This document shows positions 27,741 to 30,568 of a DNA stretch of 30,568 nucleotides, piece after piece. This stretch comes from Candidatus Moanibacter sp. Lineage in GTDB: Bacteria > Verrucomicrobiota > Verrucomicrobiia > Opitutales > UBA2987. The position numbers and the translations under genes were made by a program. Positions within the stretch are counted from its first letter, which is position 1, and every line of letters begins with the position of its first letter. The stretch spans positions 1 through 30,568 of the forward strand of contig CBDCEW010000032.1 of NCBI GenBank assembly GCA_965215885.1, read 5' to 3'. The notes below the pieces were generated by a model. The model had not been told where the DNA came from and made no database searches. It saw only the letters and a list, made by a program, of their open reading frames with translations.

Positions 27741-28120
27741 GTGTCATTGCGAGGAGGAACGACGAAGCAATCCACGATTCCGATGTGCCTAAAAACGCTC
27801 CTCGGGAAATCGCGAGAAAACGATCACGATTAAGGCGCAGTGATCGATTCGGCTGAAAATGGCCCACATTCTTTCCCTGCGGTGATCGATCGTTGAAACA
27901 CGAATTCTCGACCGAACCTCTACTCGATCAGCAGGCACGACTCACTGACAAGCACAGTGGGATGGGGCGGAGCCCACAGTGGGAGAAATCCTAAGATTAT
28001 TCGAAGGCCGAATGCCTGGATTGCTTCGTCATTCTTCCTCGCAATGATATGTTTTGCGTAGTGCAGCGAGCGGATGAATCATGACTTGGATTTGATCTAA
28101 ATTAGGTCCGACGGATTTCC
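27741..28120. mobile_element. ~380-bp non-coding element with palindromic arms, tandem copy 1
   Basis: Arms GTCATTGCGAGGAGGAACGACGAAGCAATCCA (27743) and TGGATTGCTTCGTCATTCTTCCTCGCAATGA (ends 28047); highly similar to 28195-28573. Confidence 0.85.
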
Positions 28121-28194
28121 GGACTAGAGTCGTGCCGAACCGACGATCTACCTAACGGAATTGTCTTGCCCCAAGACCATTAGGCTGGAAATTC

Positions 28195-28573
28195 GTGTCA
28201 TTGCGAGAAGGAACGACGAAGCAATCCGCGATTCCGATCAGCCGAAATGCTTCTCGGAAAATCGCGAGAAAACGATCATGATTAAGGAGCAGTGATCGAT
28301 TCGGCTGAATATGGCCCATGTCCTTTCCTTGCGGTGCGCGATCGTTGAAACACGAATTCTCGACCGAACCTCTATTCGATCAGCAGGCACGACTCACTGA
28401 CAAGCACAGTGGGATGGGGCGGAGCCCACAGTGGGAGAAATCTTAAGGCTATTCGTAGGCCGAATGCCTGGATTGCTTCGTCATTCTTCCTCGCAATGAC
28501 AAGCTTCGTAGAGTGTGGCGAGTGGATGAATCATGACTTGAATTTGATCCGCCGTAAGTCCGACAGATTCCTA
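28195..28573. mobile_element. ~380-bp non-coding element with palindromic arms, tandem copy 2
   Basis: Arms span 28197-28500; ends in TAAGTCCGACAGATTCCTA; offset 454 bp from copy 1. Confidence 0.85.
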
Positions 28574-28749
28574 ACCCGGACATTTCACACACATCGTAGG
28601 GAGGCCGCGTAGATTGCTGCGGATCAAGGCCTTTTCGCAGTCCGGCGGGCGACAGAGTGTTGGAACCCCCTGAGGTCGCCGGACAAGGGAAGGCTTTGAG
28701 GCGCAGTGAGATCCGCGGTCGCAGCAGATGGTTTGTGAAATGTTCGGGC
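28574..28749. mobile_element. ~176-bp MITE with terminal inverted repeats, flanked by TA (CTAA/CTAG)
   Basis: Left CTAACCCGGACATTTCACACACATC versus the right-end reverse complement CTAGCCCGAACATTTCACAAACCATC; imperfect internal dyad symmetry. Confidence 0.75.
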
Positions 28750-29477
28750 TAGAGGCTGCCGTGCATATTTTCCAGCAGGACGTTTTCCGCCTTTCGAATT
28801 GCATCGGGATCATCCACGTCTACCCAAAACCGACCACGAAACTCGGCAGCGTTAGCCCGACCCTCTTCCGCTAGAACGCGCACTCCGCCGCTCAGACTGA
28901 AATCGCCTCGCTCGATGATACTCTTATCAAGAGCCTCAAAAATGGCCGGACTGCACATGAAGATACCGGTATCGAATCCGTTGAAGTCGTCCAACCCTTT
29001 ACCTATACTCCGTATCTTTCCCCCCTGCACCTTTACCCGGGTGACATCATCCATATCGACGGTAGAGTTCCGCGTATCCCGATCCACCGCCAGATTGATT
29101 TCATCCAAACGCAGAGGCACTTCGATCAACTCTCTCAAAGTACTGGAATCGAAAATGTGATCGGCCATAAGGAGTAAAAATGGTTCGTCAATATAGGCCT
29201 TCGCCTTCAAAACCGAGAGGCCGTTCTCCTTCTCCCACTCTTCGTTGTATATTGGGGTGATGGGGACCTCAAGGCGCGCCGAAAGGTCTTCGAGAAACGC
29301 CGTTACGAGATCCTTGTTAAATCCTACGACGACGAAAAATTCGCCTACTCCGGCATCCATCGCAGAACGGATTACTCGTTCGATGAGAGGAACGCCAAAG
29401 ACCGGAATAAGGGGTTTGCTGTTACCCCGTAACTGTAATCGACTCCCTTTTCCGGCCGCTATGATCAGACACTTCAT
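28749..29477 (-). CDS. NTP transferase, likely CTP:inositol-1-phosphate cytidylyltransferase (IPCT)
   Basis: [10 protein letters not shown]...SKPL, ENGLSVL, LLMADH, DTGIF, WVDVDD; directly downstream of ino1. Confidence 0.88.
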   Translation of the reverse strand: MKCLIIAAGKGSRLQLRGNSKPLIPVFGVPLIERVIRSAMDAGVGEFFVVVGFNKDLVTAFLEDLSARLEVPITPIYNEEWEKENGLSVLKAKAYIDEPFLLLMADHIFDSSTLRELIEVPLRLDEINLAVDRDTRNSTVDMDDVTRVKVQGGKIRSIGKGLDDFNGFDTGIFMCSPAIFEALDKSIIERGDFSLSGGVRVLAEEGRANAAEFRGRFWVDVDDPDAIRKAENVLLENMHGSL

Positions 29478-30568
29478 TCTTCGAACGACCCTCTTCCATT
29501 TCGATGATGAATCGCTCCATCATATGAAATGCCTCGTCATCGGTGAATTGCCGAGGCGGATGTTTGCAGAAATACGCTGAAGGCGCGTAGAGAATGCCAC
29601 CCTTACCGCAATCCAATGCCAGCTTCGCGCATCGGATGGCGTCAATTGCCACTCCCGCGGAGTTGGGGGAATCTTCCACGGAGAGTCGCACCTCGAGATT
29701 CATCGGCACATTGCCGAAAAGAAGCCCTTCCATCCGGATAAACGCTACCTTGTTATCCTTCTGCCAGGGGACGTAGTCGCTCGGCCCGATATGGATGCTG
29801 TCTTCATCCATTCGACACGCTGTAACAGACTGCACGGCTTCTGTCTTGGAGATCTTTTTCGATGCTAACCGGCTTCTGCTGAGCATATTTAGAAAATCCG
29901 TGTTACCACCCGTGTTAAGCTGATAAGTACGCTCCAGCTTAACGCCCCGTTTTTTGAACAGGTCCGTCAACGTGCGATGCGCGATGGTTGCGCCCAACTG
30001 CGCTTTAATATCGTCGCCAATGATCGGAAGCCCCTTCTCTTCAAAGCGTTTCGCCCACTCCGGATCACTCGCAATAAAGACCGGCATGTTGTTGATGAAG
30101 GCCACATTCGCCTCTAACGCGCACCTGGCATAAAATCGGGTCGCCTCCTCCGATCCGACGGGTAGATAGTTCAATAGGATCTCCACTCCAGACTCTATGA
30201 TCGCCTCGACAATCTCATCCTCCGTCAGCTCCGCTTCGCTTGACAGAACGAATGTCTGCCTCTCCTTGAAATCCTTCATGTGCTCGGCGAACCCGTCTAT
30301 CAGCTTACCCATCTTTACCTGCACACCGGCTTTCGGTAAATCACCGCAGAATACAGTGGTGCAATTCGGCGCCTCAAAGATTGCTTCATTGACGTCTTTG
30401 CCGACTTTTCGAGCGTCGATGTCGAACGCAGCCACCACTTCGATATCACTCGGCTTGTAGTCGCCGAGTTCCGGATGCATCAAGCCGATCGCATTCTCGA
30501 GGTTTTCCTCATTATAATAGTGGATTCCTTGAATCAGCGAACTCGCACAATTTCCGACACCGACAATC
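29422..30568 (-). CDS. ino1: myo-inositol-1-phosphate synthase, 5' end just outside the window
   Basis: Frame is open to the window edge: [58 protein letters not shown]. Confidence 0.96.
   Translation of the reverse strand, partial: IVGVGNCASSLIQGIHYYNEENLENAIGLMHPELGDYKPSDIEVVAAFDIDARKVGKDVNEAIFEAPNCTTVFCGDLPKAGVQVKMGKLIDGFAEHMKDFKERQTFVLSSEAELTEDEIVEAIIESGVEILLNYLPVGSEEATRFYARCALEANVAFINNMPVFIASDPEWAKRFEEKGLPIIGDDIKAQLGATIAHRTLTDLFKKRGVKLERTYQLNTGGNTDFLNMLSRSRLASKKISKTEAVQSVTACRMDEDSIHIGPSDYVPWQKDNKVAFIRMEGLLFGNVPMNLEVRLSVEDSPNSAGVAIDAIRCAKLALDCGKGGILYAPSAYFCKHPPRQFTDDEAFHMMERFIIEMEEGRSKNEVSDHSGRKRESITVTG

Noticed and set aside
28571..28748. Broken DIPPS domain continuing from IPCT
   Set aside because: The sequence after the IPCT stop is a MITE with no CDP-alcohol phosphotransferase motif.

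Overview
This 30.6-kb bacterial window is probably from a Verrucomicrobiota/Opitutales-like organism (inferred from the style of the LacI, TonB receptor and solute-binding proteins). In order it contains: the 3' end of a glycerate kinase; a NitT/TauT(NMT1/THI5)-type ABC importer; and a roughly 19-kb uptake/catabolic island. The island has three PhyH-type Fe(II)/2OG dioxygenases, an alpha/beta-hydrolase, a LacI regulator, two paralogous non-canonical DHDPS/NAL-family lyases, a TonB-dependent receptor, a TPR-like protein, an orphan solute-binding protein, a GNAT, a GH-like hypothetical protein and an Asp-box protein. After it come a 2,979-bp two-ORF IS with terminal inverted repeats and an A9 -1 slippery site, and a CDP-inositol cluster (ino1, IPCT, CDP-alcohol phosphotransferase). 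The intergenic DNA is a mosaic of nested repeats: about ten 15-17-bp TCCCG...CGGGA micro-palindromes that sit inside other repeats, GTAG-type REP doublets, short-period tandem repeats, MITE ends abutting TAG stop codons, and a tandem pair of ~380-bp elements with palindromic arms. A 118-bp copy of part of the lacI gene lies 4.6 kb upstream of it. Four frameshifts all fall in homopolymers and may be sequencing errors. No rRNA, tRNA or CRISPR array was seen.
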